A stretch of 64,000 nucleotides of DNA, taken from assembly GCA_976551045.1 (NCBI GenBank), contig CDPCPM010000180.1:15686001-15750000 (forward strand), given 5' to 3'. The translations under genes were made by a program, and so were the position numbers. Below the pieces are notes generated by a model, which was not told the DNA's origin, did not search any database, and worked only from the letters and a program-made list of their open reading frames with translations. The stretch comes from Glaucostegus cemiculus (Eukaryota). Position 1 is the first letter of the stretch; each line of letters opens with the position of its first letter. This document shows, in pieces, positions 37,083-49,597 of this stretch.

Positions 37083-38244
37083 TATTTCCAAAGGCATATT
37101 CTAGCAGAGGCATTTATTTTTGCATTCACTAACTGGATAAAACATTATAAGAGGAGTTATAACTGCAAAATATCTAAAATACTTGAAGCATACTTAAAAA
37201 CCTAAGGTACTCCTGGACTGCTATATAAAAAGAAAGATTTATATTTATGGAAATAGATAACATTCTATTTTGACTTGAACAACTGTGGTCCTTTGTCTGA
37301 AAAATGGTTGGCACAAGCTTCCCAAACTTCAGTAACTCACTTCACTAACTCACTGTGCATTTGGGATACCTAAAACAGTCAAAAAAGTCATTTGATCTGT
37401 TTTGACTGGATGATTGCCTATGACCGCTCTAATAGTGAGACATAGTATTTGCAAGCACATTTTAATCAGCTTAAATGCAAAGATATTCACCCATGTATTT
37501 TTCCCTTTCCTGACGAGAGATTGGACCACCCTGTAGGCCAGTGAATTTTGATCCCTTCTCCTCTTGAGAGGAACAATTAGTTCAGTGTTCAGTGAGCTAT
37601 GTTGTCAAAGTGCAGAAGGGAGTGTCAGAAGTGGAGTTAGCTCCTTCCAGAATACCAAAAACACCAATCTACCAGTTTAATAAGCCCACATACTTGCTGA
37701 CCATGCTCCTTTCAACTTTATTTTGCAGAAGTGCCTGTTTCCAAGCAAGAAGGAATCAAAAGTTATAAAGTTGAAAGCAAATAAATGCATGCCCAGCAAT
37801 TGAAAGGGGCCTCACCACCACCATCAAAATATTATAGTATTTTGATTTATTAGGCTTGTTAAATCAGTGTTGGCTAAAGCATGAATTATATTCCACCACA
37901 AAAATCTGATCTATGCTGCCACTGAATCAAAGTTTGGTGCAGAATTCCTGAATATACCAACCTTAAATACACAAATGATCTGTACCTTTCCCAATGTGGA
38001 TCTCATGTTCCAGAATGCAAAATAAAGCCTACTCAATCTTTGATAAGATGTAAATGTTATATTTTTCTCTCAATATATCATTAATGTTTTTTTGAAAATT
38101 CTAAGAACTCACAAATCTATGCTGAGTCATAATATTTTTAATTGCTTCCAGAATATAGTAGAACATTTAAGTGAACCTCCACAAAAATTTACAATTAGGA
38201 ATATAAATTGATATTCATGCAAAAAAATTAATAGCTCAAAAGAT

Positions 38245-38480
38245 ACTTTGAAAGATGAAAGAGCTTGCTTTGATATATTTCAGGCCCTCCCAAAGTGCTT
38301 CACAGATGAAGAGATATGCTTTTACTGGTATTTTAGTCCCTCTGCAGTAAATATAGCAACCAGTTTTCATGTAGCTGAGATTCCAGCAACAGCAAGTAAG
38401 ATAAAAGAGCAGTTAAGTATTTTGGTAGTGTTGTTGGAGGAATGAACAACATGGGAGACATTCATTGGCCTTCTTTGAGC
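38245..38480 (-). mobile_element. Degenerate DeuSINE
   Basis: cccaaagtgcttcacag...atatagcaaccagttttc...agattccagcaacagcaa...gtagtgttgttggaggaa follows the Deu core and tail in reverse. Confidence 0.5.
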
Positions 38481-39257
38481 AACTTGCTTTTCATGTCTTC
38501 ACATTCTTTCCTTGGAGCATGACATGAAGCAGTGGAAGGATTCTGAGGCTTACCAACAGAGTTGCGTGAATGTTCCCCCCCCATGGCCTCATCCTTTGAT
38601 ATAGCAATATTATTCTGAGGGATGGATTATATCACAAGAGAAGGCCACCCATACTTGTGTTCATGTATTCCACTGGATGTCAGACCAGAATTTAAAATCA
38701 GAGATCCTCTTCAAAGGGGTCAAGCCTTACTGCAGTTTGTCATTTTATTGCTGTACTAAAGAAAAGTTCATAAAATCACTTTTGCAACCAACAAAATAAT
38801 TCAAATATCGAATTATGTCATTGAATGTCCTTTATGTGTACCTAGTGTTTATAGCTCACTCAGTAAAATTACAATATATCAGCTTGGTAACACTCTCATC
38901 AAACTTTCCCTCATCTACTTGCCTGTTGTTGTTCCATTCAGGGATTTTGATACAAGGCTCAATGATCCATTAGCTGTTTTCCAGTCTCTGAATCTTCTGA
39001 GAGTGCCCATCTTCAGATGGTACATACGGCCTGATCTTTATACTCTCCTTCCTGTACATTCAGTTACTGTATAGAAGCTACTGCTTTCTTTTTGCTTCTT
39101 CGGTGTTAGTTATTGTGGTATCTTAACTAATACCAATTTCTTCCTTTCATAAGCTATTCAAAAATAGATTCAGCTTTTGCTGATGAACAAGTGCTTGCAT
39201 TCAGCTCTAAACAGCAAATAGAACTGATGGACAACAGGTATTAGGCAATTTTATTAC

Positions 39258-40072
39258 TGTGAACGGAGTCATCAGAGAGACGCTGAAGCTGGTGATATAA
39301 GAGTCTTTATTCATCATGACAAGCAGGCATTCTGCTGGAGCCCCTCTCGGTGGAGTCTCCCAAACTCAAAGTACATCAAGTTTTATCACTCTTCAGAACA
39401 AAGGTAACAGCAGGTGATTCAATACAATTTCTATTGCTACAATGACATTGTTTACTTCAATATTTTGAATCTGACAGTGCTTCCATTAAGTTACATGTCT
39501 ACAATGGTGGACACCACTGAATGTTCATACACCTTTGCTGAGACAAACTAAGTCACAAAGATGGTCTAAAGCTTCCGAGGACAGAGAACCCAGACACCCA
39601 AAATTAATGATGTGCAGACATATTTGCTCTATCCCAACTTGTGATAGAGCAAATATGCCTGTAACCATGTCTGAAGCGCTAGGTGACAACATCAGTCTGG
39701 TCTGCAAGCCTCTTTGAACTCAGTCACAATGGTGCAAGATAACCTGGCCATAGTTACCTGGTTTGATGTAGGCCAATTAACATAACCCCATTGTCTTGGG
39801 TTTAGCTGATGCATATGAGAATATCTCATGGTCATATCACTTTGCAAACCATAAGTCTTGAGCAGCCAGCCCCCTGCTGTGGGCTAGCAGCCTGTGCTCT
39901 GTGGACAGTACTGGTTGTTTACAAAGCTGTCCTCTTCAAACTGATCACTGCTTGCAATTTACATTGAGACACTGAGGACTGGTTCTCATTTGAATTAATG
40001 TCTGCTATATTCACATAATTCCATAACTCCTGAATCCATAACAATGGCCACAAAATCAGGCTCCATAGCACA
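39258..40072 (-). mobile_element. Possible solo LTR
   Basis: Ends TGTGAACGGAGTC...GGCTCCATAGCACA (imperfect inverted TG..CA termini). AATAAA on the minus strand at 39306-39311, about 50 nt from the end. No clear TSD. Confidence 0.45.
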
Positions 40073-41317
40073 CATTGTTTGTATGCAATGGGTGTAGTGT
40101 GCACCATCCACCATATTAATAAGAGTGAGGACAAGTGCAATCCTTGTGATCGCTGGGTGCATACAACGTAATCATAGCGATTTTTATGCACTGTTGACTT
40201 GATGCTACCAAACATAAACTCAACAATACAGTCTAAGCTATTTAAACCAACTTGCCTGGTTAGAAAAGTGCTAAGCACAAGAAAGAGCCCCTAGTTCTGC
40301 TCTTTAAAGTGATTATTAATTGACTTTTATGTTTATTGGCTGTAGGAAAGCCCTGGCTCACTTCTGCAGTACTCATCACAGATAGTGAAGTCCGCAGGAT
40401 AGTAAGTGGCACAATTAAGATTTGTGCCTTGATCTTCAGCATTCCTCACAAAGGGAGAACGAGGAGAAGGCCTGTAACGCAGCACTTGAATTAGGAGGAT
40501 GAAGAAGAGGAGAAGGACCCTTAGCAAGGGGCTCCATCTTCAGTGTTTCTGGGAGCAATTATCTCAGTCCACCAATTGGAGCAGATCAATAGAAAATCTG
40601 ATGTTAGATTCTGTGATATTATGGGTCAAGAATCGTTATATTGATTTAATTACAAGCATTAAAGTTGAGAATCAATAACAGTTTTATTGAAAATTAAGGC
40701 AAGCAACCTACATGTCAATCAAGCAAGGCTACAGTCTGTGACAAATACGTCAACAATTATGCATTGGCTCAAGGGCAGGGAGCAATATTCCTCTAGCCTG
40801 CAAGTCTTCAGCTGTCAATTTTCTGGCTGAAGAGGGTGTTAGTGAACATAAATACAATTGTCTAAACTGCTTACCACCATCTGTCCATCTGAAACTATTT
40901 ATTTGTTCAATATATAGCTTATCTGGCATACAAAAAGATAATCTATTCAATTAATCCACCTTCCAGTTCTTGTCCATGGCCTTGAATGTTAACTCCCTTC
41001 AATTGCCCTTCCAAAGAACTATTAATTATGACAGGATTTCTGACTTCGTCATCTTTTCAAGAAGAGAATTCACTAACTATTTGGTGAAAAGAAGCCCTTC
41101 ACTTCACCTCATTTGCCAAAAATATCCTTAGGTACCTCCCTTTTAAATGGTGTACACTCCTGTAATCAGCATTAGCTAAGCTGAACTGGTGCTGGCCACT
41201 TCCTTGGAAGCTCATCCTGTATTGGTGTGTTACAGTCTGCAACAGTTGCAAAACTTCATTAATAAGGTTGCAGCATCAATGTTGAGAGCTCCTGAATGCC
41301 CCTGTCATCTTGAGATC

Positions 41318-44300
41318 TTGTGTTTGCCTCCACTACCCCATGCAGTGCATTCCAGGCACCCACCACTCTCTGTGCAAAAAACTTGCACCGCACATCTCCT
41401 TCGAACTTGCCCCTTCTCAGCTTAAATGCATGTCCTCTGGTGTTAGACATTTCAACCCTGGGAAAAAGATACTGCCTGTCTACTCTATCTATTCCTCTCA
41501 TAATCTCATAAACCGCTATCAGATCTCACCTTAGTCTTCACTGCTCCAGAGAAAACAACCTAAGTTTGTCCAACCTCTCCTTATAACACATACCCTCTAA
41601 TCCATGCAGCATCCTGGTAAACCTCTTCTGCACCCTCTCCAGAGCCTCGACATCCTTCCTACAATGGGGCAACCAGAAGTGAATGCAATACTCCAGATGT
41701 GGCCTAGCCAGAATTTTAGAAAACTGCAGCATAACTTCTTGACTCTTGAACTCAGTGCCTCAACTAATAAAGGCAAGTATGTCATATGCCTTCTTTACCA
41801 CCCTATTACCCTGTGTAGCAACCTTTACGGAGCTATGAACTTGGACCCCAAGATCCCTCTGCTTATCAACGCAGTTAAGGGTCTTGCCATTAGCAGTGTA
41901 CTGTCTCTTTACATTTGATCTCCCAAGGTGCAACACTTCACACTTGGCCAGGTTAAACTCCATCTGTCATTTCTCCACCCATATCTGCAACTGATCTATA
42001 TCCCACTGTATCCTTTGCCAGTCTTCTACACTATCCACAACACTACCAACATTCGTATCGTCTGCAAGTTTACTAACCCACACATCTACATTTTCATCCA
42101 GATCATTTTATATGCATCACAAACCACAGAGGTCCCAGTACGGATCCCTGCGGAACACCACTAGTCACAGACCTCCAGCTAGAATAAGTCTCATCGATCA
42201 CTACCCTTTGTCTCTATAGGCAAGATAATTCTGAATCCAAATGACAAAATCACTGTGAATCCCATGTACCTTAATCTTCCGGATGAACCTCCCTTGTGGG
42301 ACCTTCTCAAATGCCTTTCTAATTCCATGTAGACAACATCCACAGCTCTACCTTCATCAATCACCCTCATCACCTCCTCAAAAAAACTCAATGAAGTTAG
42401 TAAGACACGACTTGCCCTGCACAAAGCCATGCTGACTGTCCCTAATTAGGCCATGGTTTTCCAAATGCTCATAAATCCTGTCCCAAAGAATTCTCTCCAG
42501 TAACTTGCCCACCACAAACGTGAGACTCACCAGTCTGTAGTTTCCAGAATTATCCCTGTTTCCTTTCTCAAATAATGGGACGACATTAGTTAGGGCAGCA
42601 CTGTAGTGTCGAATGTCACTAATGGTTCTTTTGTGACCCAGGTTCAATTCCTGCTGGTGTCTGTAAGGAGTTTGTACATTCTCCCCGTGTACCTGCATGC
42701 ATTTCCTCCAGGTGCTCCAGTTTCCCCCCACATCCCAAAGACATACAAGTTAGGAGTTGTGGGCCTGTTATGTTGGTGCCAGAAAGAGTGGCGACACTTG
42801 TGGACTGCCCCCAGCACATTCTTAGTAACACAAAAAGATGCAATTCACTGTGTGTTTTGATGTACATGTGACTAATAAATAAATATCTTACCTTACTTGC
42901 TAGCCCTCCAGGACATTGCCTGTGGCTAGAGAGGACATAAAGATCCTGGTCAAGGCCCCAGCAATCTCATCTCTTGCCTCTCACAATAACCTGGGGTATA
43001 TCCCATCAGGCACTAGGGTCTTATCCACCTTAATGCTCTAAGAGACCCAACACCACATCATTCTTTATTTCAAAATGCCCTAGCATATTAGCGTGCACCG
43101 CACTGATCTCCCTATCCTCCACGTCTTTCTCCTTGGTAAAAACTGATGCAAAGTACTCATTAAGGACCTCACCCACATCTTCTGCTTCCAAGCACATGTT
43201 CCCTCCTTTATCCTTGAGTGGTCCTACCCTCTCCCTAGTTATCTTCTTGCTCTTGATGTATATATAGAATGCCTGGGGATTCTCTTTAACGCTACTTGCC
43301 AAGGACTTTTCATGGCCCCTCCTAGCTTTCCTAATTCCCTCCTTGAGTTCTCTTCTGGCTTATTTGTAATCCTGAAGAGCTCTATTTGATCCCAGCTTCC
43401 TAAGCTTTACATGTGTTTCCTTTTCCTTCTTGACTAAATTCACCACCTCTCTTGACACCCAAGGTTCCCTTACCCTGCCATCCTTGTCCTTCCTTCTTAC
43501 TGGAACATACCAGTCCTTTACTCTGCACAGTTGGTCTTTAAACACCCTCCACAAGTCAGATGTGGACTTGGCCAAAAACAGCTGTTCCCAATTAACTCTC
43601 CCTCGTTCCTGCCTAATGCTCTTGTAATTTGTCCTGCTCCAGTTTAATACTCTCACGCTAGGTCCATACTTATCCTTATCTATAGATGTCTTAAAACTTA
43701 AGGAGCTGTGGTCACTGTTCTGTTCTTGTTCTCCCACAGAAAGGTTAGTCACCTGACCAGGCTCATTACTCAACACCAGGTCCAGTACGGCCCCTCTCGT
43801 TGGACTATCTACATATTGACTCAAGAAACCCTCCTGGACACACCTAACAAATTCTAACCCATCTAAACCCCTTGCACTAAAATGGTCCCAGTTTATATAA
43901 GGGAAGTTGAAGTCCCCCATGACAACAACCTTATTGGTTCTACATCTTTCCCTGTTCTGCCTGCACATCTGTTCCTCAATGTCCTGGTGGCTATTGGGGG
44001 GTCTGTAGTATAATCAGAGTGATTGCACCTTTCTTATTTTTGAGTTTTTGAGTTCTACCCATATAGACTCAGTGGATGAGCCCTCCATTATGTCCCCTCT
44101 GAGTACAGCTGTGATATTGATATTAGTAGTGTAACTTCCCCCCCACCCTTTACCTCCCTCTCTATCTTTTCTAAAAGATAGAAAGTCTGTAACATTAAGC
44201 ACCCATTCCTGTCCGTCTCTCAACCAAGTCTCTGTAATAGCCACAACATCATAGTTCCATCTACTGATCCATGCTCTAAGTTCATCACCCTTACCCATTA

Positions 44301-44487
44301 TATTCCTAGCATTAAAATACACACATTTCAACCCGTCCATCCCATCATGCCTATTACTCTGCTCCTGCCTGTTTATACTGGTCCTGACCTCTACCTTCCT
44401 CTGAGTCCCTCCACTTTCTGAGCCGGTGCTCTTGTTCCCATCCCCCGCCAAACTAGTTTAAACCGTCCTGAGTAGCACTAGTGAATG
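41318..44487 (-). mobile_element. CR1 LINE, nearly whole ORF2 (EN + RT), frameshifted, 3' tail missing
   Basis: LKCVYFNARN, VVAITETWL, VMGDFNFP, SDH, GNYRLVSLT..VGKLLE, SQHGFVQGKSCLTN, AVDVVYM, RDLGV, RPHLEYC, TRGH across successive ORF fragments. Interrupted by a V-SINE. Confidence 0.93.
42592..42897 (+). mobile_element. V-SINE (TCTTA-tail variant) inserted in CR1
   Basis: gggcagcactgtag head, B box ggttcaattcc, V-core ggtgctccagtttcccccacatcccaaaga, tail gtacatgtgactaataaa...atcttacctta. Confidence 0.88.
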
Positions 44488-45146
44488 TCACTAATGATTC
44501 TTTTGCCAATTACCTTTATGCCATGACCCTTAATTTCATGATTCCTCTGTGAACGGAAACAGCTTTCCTCTACGGACTCTGTACCCTTCCTGATTTCAAA
44601 GACCTCTGATTGATCTCCTCACTTCCTCTTTTTCCCAAGGAGAACAACTCCAGCTTAAGGCTCTTCAAGTGCTTATCCAGGTGGTTTTTAAGTATAGCAA
44701 GAGTCCCTGTTACCACCACCCTTTTGGGAAGTGACTTCCAAACTTCCACAATTTGTTGACCCCCAATATTCACCACTCCTTCACCCCTCTTCATCCAACT
44801 AACTTCCTTTTAAGCTTGCCTTTTTGGTGGCAACCTTTAGTAATTTCTTTGGGTACTGCTGGTTAGCCCTTGTTTCCATGATTGGTATATGGAAAAGATC
44901 TAAGGAGGCTATTGGACACCTCCTCTCCTACCTTTGCCAATATGGCAGAAGGCACTTTCTAGCAATGTAATCAGTGAGCATCCATTTAGAAAAACATGTG
45001 CAACACCATCATATGGCTAGGTCAATGCTCCTTTGCTTCACTGAACAGGTTAAAGTGAAACTCAACCATTTGTTCAACTACATGGTAATTTTGCATTCAA
45101 TATCTCAGAGAAATGATACAACTACTTTGCGTGTGTATGATAGTGC

Positions 45147-45623
45147 TGTAGGAGCAAACGAGAAAGGCAGCACGGAGTTAGTGTCCAAACGACAGGTGAT
45201 TTATTGAAACTGATGCACACCAGGAGAATAGACAAAGCTGATCTACCCGAACATGATTTCGGGACAGCCTTATACACTTCTCCACATATGCAATTACACA
45301 GAGAACTTAATTAACTAGGTTTTGATTGTTATATTTCTCTGATTACGTCATTACATAGAAGACTTAATTAACAGTAAAACTAGCTTTTGGTTACAGAATA
45401 AAACACAATTTTTGTAAGTCTAACTTATTTAACAGCAAATCCAAGTTTCAGCCACAATAATAGTGGCGTGCTATCACAAAATCATCAAGCTATTGTACGT
45501 TGGTGCAGATATAGCTGCATCCCATTCCTCTACTGTTGAACCTTATCAGTGGTTCCCTGTTACACCAGCACAAGCTACATCCTATTCTACTAGTTATTAA
45601 TCCTCTCTATTCTTACCACTACA
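45147..45623 (-). mobile_element. Solo LTR (477 bp)
   Basis: Perfect inverted ends TGTAG...CTACA; flanks GTGC/GTGG (3 of 4 TSD match); on the minus strand a TATA-like GTATAAG (about 45270) then AATAAA (45200-45205). Confidence 0.7.
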
Positions 45624-46840
45624 GTGGAACCAACATCTCTGCTCATATTTCTATGGTCCACTTACATTAGCTTACTCAGTATTCAAAAGGTTCAGTGCTT
45701 TTGAACAGTGTTTGAAAATATTTCTCGTCAATTGCAATGACTTAGAGAACTTTACAGAATTTCCTCTCAAAGTCTCTTTTGTAGGATGCAGGCCTATTGG
45801 TTTGTAATATGAAAGCAATGGATTTTCAAAGTTGTGCCCTCACAAAGGAGCAATGGCTTGTGGGTAGCAATGAACTATATTGGCACTAATTTACTTATTA
45901 GACTTAGCACAGATTCACAGTGATCTCTACAAACTTAGCAGTGTAGAGTATTATCACACAGAATAGTGGCATATGGATTAGAGTAAATTCTTAATTAGAT
46001 ACAGCTCATAAGTTGATACATCAATTTTGTCAAATACTGAAAGGACTGTTTTATGTCATTAATCTTTATGAAAGGAACTTTTTAAAGGTGAGTACATTAA
46101 GCAATGAGCAAGCATATAATTAGGGCTTTAGCTTTAATAACCTGGCCTCTGATGTAAATCAATAATTAAACAGGAAAGTTATAGTTATGGCATGGCAAAA
46201 ACAGCCCCCTATAGTTCCTTCTGCTCTGGTTTCATATGGCCTTAAGCAGGCCTTACCTTTGTCGGAACTTCATTTTTTAAAACAATTCTATTGAAAGAAC
46301 TCCAGTAAAATGTCGACCTTGCTTTTAAACTGCTAGGCTTTAAATGCACATTCCTGTTAAGTCCTTGATGAAATAGTTCTCAGATTAATTCAACAAGATT
46401 TTGTGTACAAAAGTCCCAAGATCTATTCCAGCCTTTTGGAAGCTGTTGTTACCATCCAAACATACCTCACGTTCCTGTGAGGAAATGGTGCTTTTTGGCA
46501 CTGTCCATTTTGTTGTTAAATATTAGACTATTATTCCAGCTGTTTTATTCTCTAAAAGCCATTTCATATCATAATGATACTTTCTGAAATCTGTTTTGAT
46601 GATGAAGATCAGGTTTATATTTGGCAATTTTCATTTTTGCTTCATGATAACTACCCAGTATTAGCATTTATGAATTGCTCTGAAAACATTGTGTTATTCC
46701 ATAGTGCTGTGTAAAAATTAATGTTGTCAGGCTATCTTATTTAATGCCACAATAATTCAGAAACAGTGGGCTTTTCTGAAAAGCTCCAAGTGAATTTCTT
46801 GTAGCTGCCACCACTTAGCCATGATGCTGAGCCCTTAAAG

Positions 46841-46893
46841 GTGCACACACAGACACACATACGCGCACGTGCGCATGCACACACACACATGCA
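46841..46893. repeat. Alternating purine-pyrimidine (CA/CG) tract
   Basis: gtgcacacacagacacacatacgcgcacgtgcgcatgcacacacacacatgca. Confidence 0.85.
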
Positions 46894-47499
46894 AAACATC
46901 ATTAGCACCATACAATTACCAGAGAGTGCTGTTTACTTCAACCTTGCTGCATCAGTATTTCCCAAAGTCAAGAAAAATGCTAAGAAAGGCCTTGAGAGGG
47001 TAGTCAACTGTATTATCTGCAGGAGGGCTATTTAGGCCTCCACGATTACCTGGAGATGCTGAGCTGTTCTCTGCTAAAGCAACATTCCTAGCACCACAAA
47101 ACAGTGTCATAATAACTATCATGATCTCACAAGACTGGTCAAAGCTTTTTCATTACATCTACACCTCACCTCTATTCACTGCTAACATCTTTCATTACAG
47201 TAAAGATGCTCTCTCACTTACATAATCAGGTTCTGTTTCCTTTCTCCCCTCTCTTTGCCTTTCTCTCAATCACTCCCCCACCCTGTTTTTTGTTCTGCTC
47301 TGCCTCCTCCTCTCCGAGAGAGACATGTCAGACAGGAGAAGGAGAGTTCAAAGAACAAGGGGGTAGGGACTCTTTTTATATGGAGAAACAAACCAGAAAA
47401 GGAACACCAACTTCACAACTTTTCTATCAAGAATAAGCTAGTCTGGCATTGACTTACTCAATGGAATTAGTGAACTCCTTATAACCCTGTTATGATGCC

Positions 47500-48470
47500 T
47501 TATGAACATGCAATCATCATCAGCCCCAACCCTGAAAGCATCAGGTGAGGCCAAGGGGGATTTCTACTTTGAGCTTGACAAAATTCTGATCTGCATCTCA
47601 AAGGGAGACAAACTGATTCTCCCAGGCGACTTCAAAACCAGGCTTGGAAGGGAGACAACCCCCTAGCAAAGGGTGATCAGCAAGAAAGAAGCAGGGAAGG
47701 CTAAATCCAACAGAGTTCATACCTTGACAAAATGCTGAAGCATGGCTTTTTCATAACAAACACCCTGTGTTGCCAGAGGGACAAGCACAAAGAGTCATGG
47801 CCACACCATCACCACCCCTTCCATCTCTCCCCCACCCCCATCACCTCGTCCAAATACTGGCACCTGTTAGATTATTGTCTGAGTAAGGGACTGCATGGGT
47901 ATCCAGATCACCCATACCATGACAGGAACTAAGGACAACTGGATGGATCATCACCTTATCCATTCAATTATCTCCACCAATCTGGCCCCAAAACATTAGC
48001 AAAAGAACAAAAGTTTAAAATACCAAAATAAACTTCAGATGCAAAAATCTGAAATAAACACTGAAAATGCAGAAACACTAGCAGGTCAGGCAGCATCTGT
48101 GGAAGGAAAAACGGTTAATGTTTCAGGTTGAAGACCCTTAACCAGAACAATAATAGAAGTGCTGTTGCATGGAGATCAGTTGAAGCTTTCAAGGATCCAC
48201 ATGGCTTGCTCTTCTCAGGTGGCATGTCACAGACAACCTGTCAACTCCTAGTATACAGAAGCTGCACTTTATACGTTATTCACACTTTATGGGCTGCCCT
48301 GAAACATGCCACAACTAGCTCCAGTGAATTTCAACCAAGCTCTTCAACCGAGAAGAGCAAGACTGGTTTGATGAGATTAACCAAGAGATTGAAGAACTAA
48401 TTAACCATACGTGTAAGGTGTTCCTGGATTTGAATATCCACTGACTCCTAAAGGAAAAAAACAGCTCTAC
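47500..48470 (+). mobile_element. RTE-clade endonuclease relic
   Basis: PTLKASGEAKGDFYFELDKILICISKGDKLILPGDFKTRLGRE, FITNTLC, SKYWHLLDY, WMDHHLI. Interrupted by a PLE-derived fragment. Confidence 0.75.
48030..48148 (-). mobile_element. Penelope-derived short element with decayed hammerhead
   Basis: cagatgcaaaaatctgaaataaacactgaaaatgc...gcaggtcaggcagcatctgtggaagg...ttaatgtttcaggttgaagaccctt matches the PLE arm at 55231-55320. Confidence 0.65.
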
Positions 48471-48519
48471 AATCTGGAATTAAACCTCAATCTTTCCTAT
48501 AAATTCTTCAAGGAAGCTA

Positions 48520-48965
48520 ATTTTACCTGTTCCAACAGGCATTCCATCAATCCTCTTTGGATTTGCATTAAAGGATTGGTTTTGAATCATCATGTGCCAA
48601 GTGTAAAATAGTTATGATATAATATGTCCGTGGCAGATTTTCTGGCTTACTGCTGGAACCAAGCTTCACCTATACAGGGGTCCCATAGGGATCAGTGTTT
48701 GGACACTAGTGATATCAATGATTTGGCTTAGGAGACAAAATATCGTATTTCCAGATGATACAAAACTAGATGGGATTGAAAGTTGGGAGGAGAATGTAAT
48801 GAGACTTCAAGGAGGTTTAGATCATTTGAGAGAGTGATCAAGAACATAGCAGATGCAATATTAAGTGAAAAAATGTGAAGTTATCCACATTGGTGCATTG
48901 AACAGAAGGTTTCTTTTTAATGGTGAAGGATTGGCCTACTCTTGCTCCTATTTCTTAATGTTTTA
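48520..48965 (+). mobile_element. Old CR1 RT relic
   Basis: GVP*GSVFG, FPDDTKL, EKCEVIHIG remnants followed by a CR1-like tail. Confidence 0.6.
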
Positions 48966-49597
48966 TTTTCTTATTGGAGGCCACAAATCAGATATGTGAG
49001 CAGCTGCTTTTCAAGTTTTCTTTATTATTCTAAGAGGGTGGGCATCAAAATTTCCGTGTGCAGGACAGGACTCCTTCTAATAGTACAATGTCAGCAATTT
49101 AGCCCTGTCAATTTACCTTTGAACACTCCTCCCTAGTATTAGACATGCTTTATAACTTGACTTCTGTTTTGGATCAAAGCTATCTGCTCAGGTTCATAAC
49201 TTGAGCATAACATCATAAGGGGAGCGATTTTTTCTGGCAGAGATTTAGGAAAAAATGTACAGGAACAGCATACTCTTCAAGTTATGTTAAGTTTAGTTTT
49301 ACGGCCTCATTTTCTTTATCATTATAGGAGTTGGTCTTATTATGTTGCTGGTAAGGTCAGCATTTATGGTGGACCCCAACTTGAACTGAGAAGGTGGTGG
49401 TGAGATCCTTCCTTGAACGACTCACAATGGTTTTTTCAGCCATTTCAGATGGCATTGAAAAGGGAGAGACACTGGTACGTCAGACCTGCTGAGGCCAACT
49501 GATTTCTTTCATTCTCGAAAATCAAACCCCAGAAGCACTTACAATGATCCAGTAGTTCCACAGTCACCATTACTGGCCATAGCTTTTTAAAATTTCA

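Noticed and set aside
36900-37205. Small C2H2 zinc-finger ORF as a host gene
   Set aside because: It is the C-terminal finger of an RTE LINE remnant.
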